DNA of 64,000 nt from Octopus sinensis (GCF_006345805.1 NC_042997.1:206150001-206214000); one strand, 5' to 3'; shown: positions 50,101 through 62,952, numbered from the stretch's first letter. Numbers and translations: made by a program. The notes: a model not told the origin generated them from the letters alone.

Positions 50101-53100
50101 AAATAAAGAATTATGATAGAATGAATACTTAAAATAAAGAATTATGATAGAATGAATACTTAAAATAAAGAATTATGATAGAAAGAATACTTAAAATAAA
50201 GAATGATGATAGAATGAATACTTAAAATAAAGAATTATGATAGAAAGAATACTTAAAATAAAGAATTATGATAGAAAGTATACTTAAAATAAAGAATTAT
50301 GATAGAAAGTATACTTAAAATAAGAATTATGATAGAATGAATACTTAAAATAAAGATTTATGACATAATGAATACTTAAAGTAAAGAATTATGATAGAAT
50401 GAATACTTAAAATAAAGAATTATGATAGAAAGAATACTTAAATTAAAGAATTATGATAGAAAGTATACTTAAAATAAAGAATTATGATAGAATGAATACT
50501 TAAAATAAAGATTTATGATATAATGAATACTTAAAGTAAAGAAATATGATAGAATGAATACTTAAAATAAAGAATTATGATAGAAAGAATACTTAAAATA
50601 AAGAATTATGATAGAAAGTATACTTAAAATAAAGAATTATGATAGAAAGTATACTTAAAATAAAGAACTATGATAGAATGAATACTTAAAATAAAGAATT
50701 ATGATAGAAAGAATACTTAAAGTAAAGAATTATGATAGAATGAATACTTAAAATAAAGAATTATGATAGAAGAATACTTAAAGTAAAGACTTATGATAGA
50801 ATGAATACTTAAGGTAAAGAATTATGATAGAATGAATACTTAAAATAAAGAATTATGATAGAAAGAATACTTAAAATAAAGAATTATGATAGAATGAATA
50901 CTTAAAGTAAAGAATTATGATAGAATGAATACTTAAAATAAAGATTTATGATATAATGAATACTTAAGTAAAGAATTATGATAGAAAGAATACTTAAAGT
51001 AAAGAATTATGATAGAAAGAATATTTAAAGTAAAGAATTATGATAGAATGAATACTTAAAATAAGAATAATGATAGAAAGAATACTTAAAGTAAAGACTT
51101 ATGATAGAATGAATACTTAAAGTAAAGAATTATGATAGAATGAATACTTAAAATAAAGAATTATGATAGAATGAATACTTAAAATAAAGAATTATGATAG
51201 AATGAATACTTAAAGTAAAGAATTATGATAGAATGAATACTTAAAATAAAGATTTATGATATAATGAATACTTAAAGTAAAGAATTATGATAGAAAGAAT
51301 ACTTAAAGTAAAGAATTATGATAGAAAGAATATTTAAAGTAAAGAATTATGATAGAATGAATACTTAAAATAAAGATTTATGATAGAAAGAATACTTAAA
51401 GTAAGAATTATGATAGAATGAATACTTAAAGTAAAGATTTATGATAGAAAGAATACTTAAAGTAAAGAATTATGATAGAAAGTATACTTAAAATAAAGAA
51501 TTATGATAGAATGAATACTTAAAATGAAGAATTATGATAGAATGAATACTTAAAATAAAGAATTATGATAGAATGAATACTTAAAATAGAGAATTATGAT
51601 AGAAAGAATACTTAAATAAAGAATGATGATAGAATGAATACTTACAATAAAGAATTATGATAGAAAGAATACTTAAAATAAAGAATTATGATAGAAAGTA
51701 TACTTAAATAAAGAATTATGATAGAAAGTATACTTAAAATCAAGAATTATGATAGAATGAATACTTAAAATAAAGATTTATGATGTAATGAATACTTAAA
51801 TTAAAGAATTATGATAGAATGAATACTTAAAATAAAGAATTATGATAGAAAGAATACTTAAAATAAAGAATTATGATAGAAAGAATACTTAAAGTAAAGA
51901 ATTATGATAGAAAGAATACTTAAAGTAAAGAATTATGATAGAAAGAATACTTAAAATAAAGAATTATGATAGAAAGAATACTTAAAATAAAGAATTATGA
52001 TAGAAAGAATACTTAAAATAAAGAATTATGATAGAAAGAATACTTAAAATAAAGAATTATGATAGAAAGAATACTTAAAGTAAAGAATTATGATAGAAAG
52101 AATACTTAAAATAATGAATTATGATAGAAAGAATACTAAAGTAAAGAATTATGATAGAATGAATACTTAAAATAAAGAATTATGATAGAAAGAATACTTA
52201 AAATAAAGAATTATGATAGAATGAATACTTAAAATAAAGAATTATGATAGAAAGAATACTTAAAATAAAGAATTATGATAGAAAGTATACTTAAAATAAA
52301 GAATTATGATAGAAAGTATACTTAAAATAAAGAATTATGATAGAATGAATACTTAAAATAAAGAATTATGATAGAAAGAATACTTAAAATAAAGAATTAT
52401 GATAGAAAGTATACTTAAAATAAAGAATTATGATAGAAAGTATACTTAAAATAAAGAATTATGATAGAATGAATACTTAAAACAAAGAATTATGATAGAA
52501 AGAATACTTAAAGTAAAGAATTCTGATAGAATGAATACTTAAAATAAAGAATTATGATAGAAAGAATACTTAAAGTAAAGACTTATGATAGAATGAATAC
52601 TTAAAGTAAAGAATTATGATAGAATGAATACTTAAAATAAAGAATTATGATAGAAAGAATACTTAAAATAAAGAATTATGATAGAATGAATACTTAAAGT
52701 AAAGAATTATGATAGAATGAATACTTAAAATAAAGAATTATGATAGAAAGAATACTTAAAATAAAGAATTATGATAGAAAGTATACTTAAAATAAAGAAT
52801 TATGATAGAAAGTATACTTAAAATAAAGAATTATGATAGAATGAATACTTAAAATAAAGAATTATGATAGAAAGAATACTTAAAATAAAGAATTATGATA
52901 GAAAGTATACTTAAAATAAAGAATTATGATAGAAAGTATACTTAAATAAAGAATTATGATAGAATGAATACTTAAAATAAAGAATTATGATAGAAAGAAT
53001 ACTTAAAGTAAAGAATTCTGATAGAATGAATACTTAAAATAAAGAATTATGATAGAAAGAATACTTAAAGTAAAGACTTATGATAGAATGAATACTTAAA

Positions 53101-55625
53101 GTAAAGAATTATGATAGAATGAATACTTAAAATAAAGAATTATGATAGAAAGAATACTTAAAATAAAGAATTATGATAGAATGAATACTTAAAGTAAAGA
53201 ATTATGATAGAATGAATACTTAAAATAAAGATTTATGATATAATGAATACTTAAAGTAAAGAATTATGATAGAAAGAATACTTAAAGTAAAGAATTATGA
53301 TAGAAAGAATATTTAAAGTAAAGAATTATGATAGAATGAATACTTAAAATAAAGAATAATGATAGAAAGAATACTTAAAGTAAAGACTTATGATAGAATG
53401 AATACTTAAAGTAAAGAATTATGATAGAATGAATACTTAAAATAAAGAATTATGATAGAAAGAATACTTAAAATAAAGAATTATGATAGAATGAATACTT
53501 AAAGTAAAGAATTATGATAGAAAGAATACTTAAAATAATGAATTATGATAGAAAGAATACTTAAAGTAAAGAATTATGATAGAATGAACACTTAAAATAA
53601 AGAATTATGATAGAAAGAATACTTAAAGTAAAGAATTATGATAGAAAGAATATTTAAAGTAAAGAATTATGATAGAATGAATACTTAAAATAAAGAATAA
53701 TGATAGAAAGAATACTTAAAGTAAAGAATTATGATAGAATGAATACTTAAAGTAAAGATTTATGATAGAAAGAATACTTAAAGTAAAGAATTATGATAGA
53801 AAGTATACTTAAAATAAGGAATTATGATAGAATGAATACTTAAAATAAAGAATTATGATAGAATGAATACTTAAAATAAAGAATTATGATAGAAAGTATA
53901 CTTAAAATAAAGAATTATGATAGAAAGAATACTTAAAATAAAGAATGATGATAGAATGAATACTTAAAATAAAGAATTATGATAGAAAGAATACTTAACA
54001 TAAAGAATTATGATAGAAAGTATACTTAAATAAAGAATTATGATAGAAAGTATACTTAAAATAAAGAATTATGATAGAATGAATACTTAAAATAAAGATT
54101 TATGATATAATGAATACTTAAAGTAAAGAATTATGATAGAATGAATACTTAAAATAAAGAATTATGATAGAAAGAATACTTAAAATAAAGAATTATGATA
54201 GAAAGAATACTTAAAGTAAAGAATTATGATAGAAAGAATACTTAAAGTAAAGAATTATGATAGAAAGAATACTTAAAATAAAGAATTATGATAGAAAGAA
54301 TACTTAAAGTAAAGAATTATGATAGAAAGAATACTTAAAATAATGAATTATGATAGAAAGAATACTTAAAGTAAAGAATTATGATAGAATGAATACTTAA
54401 AATAAAGAATTATGATAGAAAGAATACTTAAAATAAAGAATTATGATAGAATGAATACTTAAAATAAAGAATTATGATAGAAAGAATACTTAAAATAAAG
54501 ATTTATGATAGAAAGAATACTTAAAATAAAGAATTATGATAGAAAGAATACTTAAAATAAAGATTTATTATAGAAAGAATACTTAAAATAAAGATTTATG
54601 ATATAATGAATACTTAAAGTAAAGAATTATGATAGAATGAATACTTAAAATAAAGAATTATGATAGAAAGAATACTTAAAATAAAGAATTATGATAGAAA
54701 GAATACTTAAAATAAAGAATTATGATAGAAAGTATACTTAAAATAAGGAATTATGATAGAAAGTATACTTAAAATAAAGAATTATGATAGAATGAATACT
54801 TAAAATAAAGATTTATGATATAATGAATACTTAAAGTAAAGAATTATGATAGAATGAATACTTAAAATAAAGAATTATGATAGAAAGTATACTTAAAATA
54901 AAGAATTATGATAGAAAGTATACTTAAAATAAAGAATTATGATAGAATGAATACTTAAAATAAAGATTTATGATATAATGAATACTTAAAGTAAAGAATT
55001 ATGATAGAATGAATACTTAAAATAAAGAATTATGATAGAAAGAATACTTAAAATAAAGAATTATGATAGAAAGAATACTTAAAATAAAGAATTATGATAG
55101 AAAGAATACTTAAAATAAAGAATTATGATAGAAAGAATACTTAAAATAAAGAATTATGATAGAAATAATACTTAAAATAATGAATTATGATAGAATGAAT
55201 ACTTAAAGTAAAGAATTATGATAGAATGAATACTTAAAATAAAGAATTATGATAGAAAGCATACTTAAAATAAAGAATTATGATAGAAAGAATACTTAAA
55301 ATAAAGATTTATGATAGAAAGAATACTTAAAGTAAAGAATTATGATAGAAAGAATACTTAAAATAAAGAATTATGATAGAAAGAATACTTAAAGTAAAGA
55401 ATTATGATAGAAAGAATACTTAAAATAAAGAATTATGATAGAAAGAATACTTGAAATAAAGAATTATGATAGAAAGAATACTTAAAATAAAGAATTATGA
55501 TAGAATGAATACCTAAAATAAAGAATTATGATAGGAAGAATACTTAAAATTAAGAATTATGATAAAAACAATACTAAAAATGAAGAATTATGATAGAACG
55601 AATACTTAAAAGGAAGAATTATGAA
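26148..55625. repeat. Homogeneous 31-bp satellite array, about 29.5 kb and about 950 monomers (GAATTATGATAGAAWGAATACTTAAARTAAA)
   Basis: Period 31 measured at 26181 and 26212 and maintained throughout. There is no ORF of 60 aa or more in the ORF track. Confidence 0.99.
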
Positions 55626-55864
55626 TTAAAACCAGAATTTAAAAAAAATTCTGTTGGCTTGCTTTCCTTGATTTCAGCAAAATGTATTTCTGTAGTGGGT
55701 ATATAATATGATGGGGAAATTGACGATTAAAATAGGCATGGATTACTTTTTCTTTTGCCCTTGTTTATATGTTGTTTATAACTTTAACCTTCGAAGTTAT
55801 TTTAGTATGCTGCCACTTTTTGATTGAACTTTTTTCTGTAAGAAAACTTCATCTCATATTAGTA

Positions 55865-55891
55865 GTAGATGTATATATATATATACACGTG

Positions 55892-55942
<51 letters not shown>

Positions 55943-56135
55943 GTATATATATATATATATATGTATACACACGACAGCAGGCTCCCTTCAGTTTCCAAAT
56001 CCACTCACAAGGATTTGGTCGGTTGGAGGCTATAGTAAAAGACACTTACTCAAGGTGCCACACAATGTGACTGATTCCGAAACCATATGGTTTGTTAAGC
56101 AAGCTACTTATTACACAGCCACTCTTGTGCCTGTT
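55865..56135 (-). mobile_element. tRNA-derived CORE-like SINE with a (TA)n tail
   Basis: Reverse-complement homologue of 14731-14897. The (TA)n run is at 55869-55965. Confidence 0.75.
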
Positions 56136-57382
56136 ATAGATCATTCATTTTAATAACATAATTTGGTTAGTAAACGAATTTCTCTTATAAACAATTTCAC
56201 CACGAAAAATTTCTCTGATATAATCTTTGCAGAAAGATGATTAGATCAATCAAATATTTTTCTTCATTATTTTATCGCAAATACTGTTACAATAGTTACA
56301 ATAAAGTGTTCATTTATTTTTAATTTTTGTTTGTTTGTTATGTCAACTGATTTCCTTTTCAGGTATGGTACATGCGCACTCATATCGTTTCATTTTCTGT
56401 CATTTTTCAGTCAAACAAGCAATGGAATACAAGGATCCCAGTATACAATATTGTAAACATAATTCTCAGGTTTATTCTCTATATAATTTCAATGGTATGT
56501 AACATGAAATTTCTTTGATATTTTCAATAAATTCGTGTTGTATGTGCATCACATGCATATGTGGGTGGTGTCAAGAGAGTTTTTGGAGATTTTGCTGTTA
56601 TTTCAGTAGGATCTAGTCTTTCTCAATCACACACCCCCCCTTAATTTTGCTCAGATTGCTTTCATTTTTGATGTATCCATGCAACTCTGAATTTTGATTA
56701 CGATCACCAATTACTTTATCTCGTAAATTAAAGAATCTGGTGTTATTTGGAATTAAAGCTGGAAATTTAGGTAATTTTAGCCAATCAACATACAGTGTGG
56801 CATTAACAGCTTGTTACCATGACAACAGGGTGCTGCATTGTGGTTCACTTTACTGTTGTCTGCGAGTTCGTGGTCCACTTTCCTGTTGTTTGTGACGCAC
56901 ATTGTTCGATGTTGATTTTTTACAATTGATTCTTCACACCACAAGATTCTTTTCACCCCTCATGTTTTGTTTTAATTTTTCTGTGTTAGTATATTACATA
57001 TTTTTCTGGACTTCTGTGTGTTACTACTCTCTTTTCTGTGCTTTTAGTGTATTTATTCTTATTGTTTTACAAATCCAAGCACGAAAACGTTACTCAACTT
57101 TGGTGTCTCCAAAGAGACAGACGTCCCCTTTTCACACACACTTATATATTAATGATGTACATAAATACATGGCAGGTATACATAATACTGAAATACACCT
57201 AAAGTAAATACATGCAGACAAATGTATTAATATAACAAATTTTAAGAAATTTTAAAAAATACAATCAATGAATGAGAAAGACTAAATCCAGATGATAGAT
57301 GTTTATTTTATTAGGTATTTCTGTTTATTTACAAACCTACACTGAACAGGTGAGATGCTACATTTCCAGAGTACAACCTTAA

Positions 57383-58544
57383 AGTTGACACTGCTTGTCT
57401 CGCTATAGGCAAAAAATACCCAGGTTTTTCGATTTTTAAACCTCTGTAACTTTTTTCTCTGAGTTTTTTATCCACAACATCATATCTTCGAAGCAATGAC
57501 ACTGGAATGCTACATTATTATAGCCAATTTTCAGATTATTTTACTGTCTTCTACAAAAAGCAGATTTTTTTGAATGGAAAAAAACTAGATCTGGAAAGTA
57601 CTCACATTTTTTGTAAATGCCCCTTCAAGTTTTATTTTGTAGGAAAAAAAAAACAGGAAATTTCCACCATTTCAGTTGTGAAAAACTGAATACTTTATTT
57701 TAATTTTTTGCAACACAATATATATAATACTTTTTACCGCAGGAAATTCTCTGAAATTTTATCGCCAAGATACAAAGCTGACCAGTATGAGATTTTTGTT
57801 GAAACTCATCCCCACCTCTAGGAATAACTTTTTCCAAACATTTCCGATATAATTGACTTCTAGGCCATATGAGCATATATGTAAAAAGATTTATTTAAAA
57901 TATGTAAAAGAGTTTGTAGAGATTTGCTGTTATTTCTAGCATGTGAATAGACTACTTGAAGGCTTATTTAATGTATGGGAGTAGGTGGGGTACGTCTCTG
58001 CCATGTACACCCAATTTTGATTTCAAAGTATTTAAAAGTTATTGGAAATCATAAAGAGAAACGAATGACAGAATCAGGCTGACTGCATTTTAAACACCAA
58101 AGATTTAAAAAAATTCCAAAAAACTTTTCCCTATGTCGCCCACCCATCACCACACCACTTCCAGAGTTTCACTTTTAGCATAGCAGTCATGCATGTGCAA
58201 TGGCGAAAGGGTTTCAAAACTTCATGTTTATGCCGTAGATTGCAAAGGGTAATTTTTTTTTTATTGAGATTTTACAAAAGTTTGGGGAAATTTTTTTCAG
58301 AATCATTTCGGAAAAAAAATCAAAAATGAAGATTTGGTGGTGAGAGGATTGAAATTTTGAAATACCCATTTTTGCCAATTTTTTTTTCCAGATTTGTAGT
58401 CTCTGTGCACAAAAATGGAGGTTTCTATAAAATAAATAAAACAAAGGAGGATTTTGGTGGGGTACAAAAGGAATTCTTTCCTTTAACAAACTAAATTTGA
58501 TTTCTATTAAACTGAATTAGTGAGACTGCTTAGAGACGCCAACT
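57383..58544. mobile_element. Probable non-autonomous TIR DNA transposon (Kolobok/piggyBac-like TTAA target)
   Basis: Left end TTAA|AGTTGAC...GTCTCGCTA and right end TAGTGAGAC...GCCAACT|TTGA give imperfect TIRs and a TSD with one mismatch. The interior is non-coding and A/T-tract rich. Confidence 0.45.
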
Positions 58545-58624
58545 TTGACAAAAAAGCTCTGTTAAGAATATTATTCAGCTGCTACCATAGTTGAATGATA
58601 AAACATACATACATGCAAACAAAC

Positions 58625-58745
58625 AAAAATACCTTATTGTTGATGTTGAAATTCCAATGAAGGAGCTTTGGATCTAGATTAGAAACCTGTTCCTTCTCTA
58701 TTGGCAAGACATCTTGAATAAACTGAATAATGACATACATACATG
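58625..58745 (+). mobile_element. SINE 3' end with a (TACA) tail
   Basis: GTTGATGTTGAAATTCCAATGAAGGAGCTTTGGATCTAG...AATAATGACATACATAC. The family is recalled from memory, not verified. Confidence 0.5.
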
Positions 58746-59060
58746 ATGGCTGCCAATTTGTGTTCGAGTATTGTCATCGCCTGAACGAAATTCCTACATA
58801 GGGATGCTCGTACATAACTGTTCAGTCCAGCCAAAGATCTAAATTCTTTATGACACTGTTGGTAAGTGTGAATGACATTGGAGCTCTTTTGCGATTCATC
58901 CTTGCTGTGCATATTCATTGGCGCTTGAGTTCTCACGAGGAGGCACACTCCTTTCTTCTACAAACCTTCCCATTTCATACTCAGTGTAGCTGGCAACCGC
59001 TTTTTTTAAGATGACTGCATTGATGGCCTTTCAATCCCACCAAACTGAGGCAAATATGCC
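58745..59060 (-). mobile_element. RTE/BovB-type LINE 3' end with a degenerate C2H2-like motif
   Basis: The minus strand reads HTYQQCHKEFRSLAGLNSYVRA...ILEHKLAAI. Confidence 0.55.
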
Positions 59061-59139
59061 CACAGTCATTATAAATCCCTTCATTTCTTCAAGGAAATTC
59101 TGATAATGGCTAAGGGTATCCTTTCCTAGAATTTCTTTT

Positions 59140-59320
59140 ATTTTTCAGATACATACATACACATATGCATACATACATACAAAAATATATATGTACATAC
59201 ATACATCATACATACAAATGTACATACATACATACAAACGTACATATATACATACAAATTTACATACATAGCATACATACATACAAACGTACATACATAC
59301 TTACATACTTGCATGTATGC
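59140..59320. repeat. Imperfect (TACA)n microsatellite
   Basis: Directly visible. Confidence 0.9.
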
Positions 59321-60095
59321 AGAGATGTGTCGAAATGTCTGTAGAATCTCTGAGATGATAGTGAAATTGATCATCAAAGCAATCCACATCATCGACCATA
59401 GCCAATTATTACCTCCCACTTTGAAGTGTATGTGTTTGCTATCCAGGAAATGGAAATATCAAATATCTGATGCACAAAGGGATAGAGAACAGGAAAAGCA
59501 GTAAAATGTGATGACTGATGCAGGCTTTGTGGTATTAACACCAATATATCACACACATCATAAGCAGTTGTCTGAAAATGTCATCACGGTATTATCTACC
59601 AATGGGACATGATGTTTGTAGCTAGGACACTATAATGAAATCCATTCGAAGAATAATCCCCAGGACAAAGAAATAAGAGCCCACAATTTGATAGAAGCCA
59701 TAGCCACTCATAATTATAAAAGGAGTACTGGTGAAAACCTCAATAAAATGTAAGCACAACAGACCTGATATAATGATTTGGGATAGAGAAGAGAAACTAT
59801 GCACAGTTGTCGAAATTAACCACCCAGCAGATGTTAACATAAAGCTGAAGGTCAGTGAAAAGAGAATACCTAAGCTGAACTATGGAGAAATCTTCAGTTA
59901 CTCTATCCAGATTACGAAATCATGTTTGTAACTGTAATTATTGGGGCCCTGAGATATATAACACACTACCTAAATACCAATCTTGAGAAATTAGGCTTCT
60001 CAAAACCAGAAAGGAGAAAGCTGATTTGGAGACTACAGATCCAGTCCAACACTGGAACTGTAAAACTTTCCAGAAGTTTATCCTTTGAATATCTA
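59320..60095 (+). mobile_element. R4/Dong-type (RLE) non-LTR retrotransposon, 3' fragment A
   Basis: Degenerate HFE..VFAIQ, CCHC knuckle (CRLCG...HIISSC), KTSIKCKHNRPDIMIWDREEKLCTVVEI (PD-(D/E)xK) and IIGAL. Confidence 0.8.
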
Positions 60096-60149
60096 TGAGC
60101 ATGTCTAGGTATGTAACTACATGCATGAGAATACATAGCTGTACTGTCT

Positions 60150-61520
60150 GAAATAAGAAAACAACACAGAAATCTTGTGACAGTATGGCTTGTCTATAAG
60201 AAGGCATTCAACTCTATCCCTCATTCATGGCTGTTGAAGTGCCTACACCTGGCAAAAGTACCTTCCACTCTAATTGTGAGTCTCTGTAGAGAGACTCACA
60301 AAGACATGGACAACAGTTCTCACCCTTCCAACAGAGAACACAATAATTATTTCTGATAGTAAAGGCATTTCAAAGGGAATATTCCAGGGAGATGGTCTTT
60401 CTGTACTTCTTTTCCTTTTGCCACTGAATCCATAATCGTTCCTACTGCAGAAAACAAATGGCTACATACTAGGATCTTCAACTGCTAGAAGTATCAATGA
60501 AACTCATAATTTCTTTGTAGACAACATCAAGATCTATGCTAAAAGCATTGACAATGCCAAAATACAAACTGGAATTAGTAACATTTTCAGCGGATATAGG
60601 CATGGAATTTGGCCAACAGAAATGTTTGTATTTGGTCATAGAACGAGGAAAGTCAGTTCCCCAAACCCCAAACCTGTGCATCAACAGTCTCTCTATCTCC
60701 CCATTCCACATAAAGAATGTTACAAATACCTAGGGCACATATATGAAAGCACTGAGAATAAAAATAGTGTGACCTGAGAATGTTACACCAGACTTAGGAC
60801 AATATGGTAGTCAGGACTCTCCTCTAGCAACAAAACAATATCCCACAATGCATTTGCAATACCAGTGCTGACCCCCAACATTTGGGATACTTGATTGGTC
60901 TGCAGAGGAAATCCACTCCATACATATTAAAACCTGCAAAATCCTGACACCAACCGGGAACTTCCAAAGAAACAGTGATGTGGACAGACTCTACCTAAGA
61001 AGAAATGAAGGTGGTGGAGGCCTGAAATCAGTGCAGACGGCCTTTGAGTGAAGACCACTACATCACATCATGCTTTGAAGGCTACGTGTTTGCAATCCAG
61101 AAAGAGGAGATTGCCCCAAAGTACCTGGTGAACAAGAGTGACAGTGATGCTCTTGTCATCCCAAAGTGCAACCGCATGTGTAGGCTATGTCATGTTTCAG
61201 TGGAAGACATCATGCATGTGATTAGCAGTTGTCTTAAAATGTCTTCATGGTACTACCTCCCTATGCAGCACAATGTTGTCGCTAAAACAATTTTCAATGC
61301 CATCTGCAAAAAAAAATAACTGTCTTGAAATAAACTTAGAAAATTCCTCTGTTATGAAATATTCCCATCAAAACTTCTGTCAAATGTAAACATAGCAGGT
61401 CAGATTTTGTTGCTTGGGACAGAGGGGCAAAGGTATGTACCGTCATAAAGGTTAGCTGCCCTGAAGATATAAATATCTTTTTGAAAATCAAAGGACAAGA
61501 GGACAAACCTCCAGATCCAT
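60150..61520 (+). mobile_element. R4/Dong-type retrotransposon fragment B (RT plus CCHC), internally deleted
   Basis: KAFNSIPHSWLLKCL, KGIFQGDGLSVLLF, FFVDNIKIY, GMEFGQQKC and CRLCHVSVEDIMHVISSC. Confidence 0.8.
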
Positions 61521-61644
61521 ACTATGAATTCATATTCATACCAACAATACATCCCAAAGATGGAACCCTGTATCTTTGTTGAAAACCAGCTCCCACCTCA
61601 GTAGAAGATTTATAATGATTAAAGAATTGAAGAGATATACATAC

Positions 61645-62847
61645 ATAGATATGTCAGTAGAAAGCTCCGTGATGATAGTAACATTGATCATCAAAGCAGT
61701 TTATTATGGACCAACAACCGGATTAAAACCTCCCACTTTGAAGGGTATGCTTTTGCAATCCAGGAACAAGAAATATCAACCAAGTACCTGATGCACAAAA
61801 GGGATAGAGATGCAGGAAAAACCAAGTGATGCAGATTTTGTGGAGTTCACACTGAAGATATCATCTACATCATAAGTTGTCTGAAAATGTTATCATGGTA
61901 TTATGTGCCAATGAGACATGATGTTGTAGCTAGGACACTATAATGAAATCCGTCAGTCTAAGAAGTAAGAGCCAACAGTATGGAAGAAGCCATAGCCACT
62001 CATAATAAAAAAGAATACTGATGGAATGTTCTGGTGAAAACCTCAATAAAATGTAAACACGACAGACCTGATATAATGATTTGGGATAGAGAAGAGAAAC
62101 TGTGCACAGTTGTAGAAATCAGCTACACAGCGGACATTTACATAAAACTGAAGATCAGTGAAAAAGAGGATATTTACACTGGACTATTGAGAAATCTGTA
62201 GTTACTCTATCTGATTACAAGTTCAGGTTTATACCTGTAATTATTGGTTACCTATAAATGCTTATCAATATAGGATTCCATTATTCTATATTATCAAATT
62301 ATTCTATTTTATCATTATTCTATATTATCTATACTTTGATAATATAGAATAATGGAATCCTATATTTGGAATACAAGACAATATAATGGATTTTACACAT
62401 AACTATTATGGATTATTACAGAAGACTAACCAAGGAAGTATATATGGATTTAAAGACTCATACTAAAGTGTATTTATGTATTTACCAAAATCAAAAGCAG
62501 CAATTTTTAATTTTAATTTAAATTTCAAACAAACACCATTTTATAGTATTACTTCAAATTTAAAAAAAACTACCATTCGAAATGCTATACAAAATTCAAA
62601 TTTTATATCTTTGAAGAGCAAAGGAGTTGTCTATAAATGCTTATCAATATAGGATTCCATTATAGGGACAACTCTTCTGTGAAACGATCGTAAAATGCTT
62701 TAAATACTTAATTCAAAACTTTTAAACTGTCATTATTATATATTTATACTTATACATATATTTTTATATATATTTATATTTTTAATACAACAATTATTTT
62801 ACACATGTATACATCTTTCTGAAGAATTTTCTAATATTGATTTCCTG

Positions 62848-62880
<33 letters not shown>

Positions 62881-62950
62881 TATTATAAAATATATATTAT
62901 TGGGACCCTGGGATATGTAACACACTATCTAAATACCAATCTTGAGAGAT
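61645..62950 (+). mobile_element. R4/Dong-type 3' fragment C (paralogue of A), interrupted by a 648-bp insertion
   Basis: It is homologous to 59320-60000. It breaks after ATTATTGG (62240-47) and resumes at ATTATTGG (62896-903). Confidence 0.8.
62248..62895 (+). mobile_element. Unclassified 648-bp AT-rich insertion with an 8-bp TSD, a (TAA)n 3' end and a 5' palindrome
   Basis: TSD ATTATTGG; perfect 32-bp inverted repeat at 62267-62298 and 62335-62366; 33-bp direct repeat at 62252-62284 and 62631-62663; (TAA)n at about 62848-62882. Confidence 0.65.
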
Positions 62951-62952
62951 TA

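Noticed and set aside
28900-54100. Scattered single-base deletions in A-runs as true monomer variants
   Set aside because: Many are private to one higher-order copy and fall in homopolymers, which fits long-read consensus error. I did not use them as markers.
26148-55625. CRISPR-like array
   Set aside because: Monomers are contiguous with no unique spacers, there are no cas genes, and the context is eukaryotic.
56350-56480. Possible exon after TTTCCTTTTCAG
   Set aside because: It has a short frame, no recognisable motif and no partner exon. It cannot be supported without RNA data.
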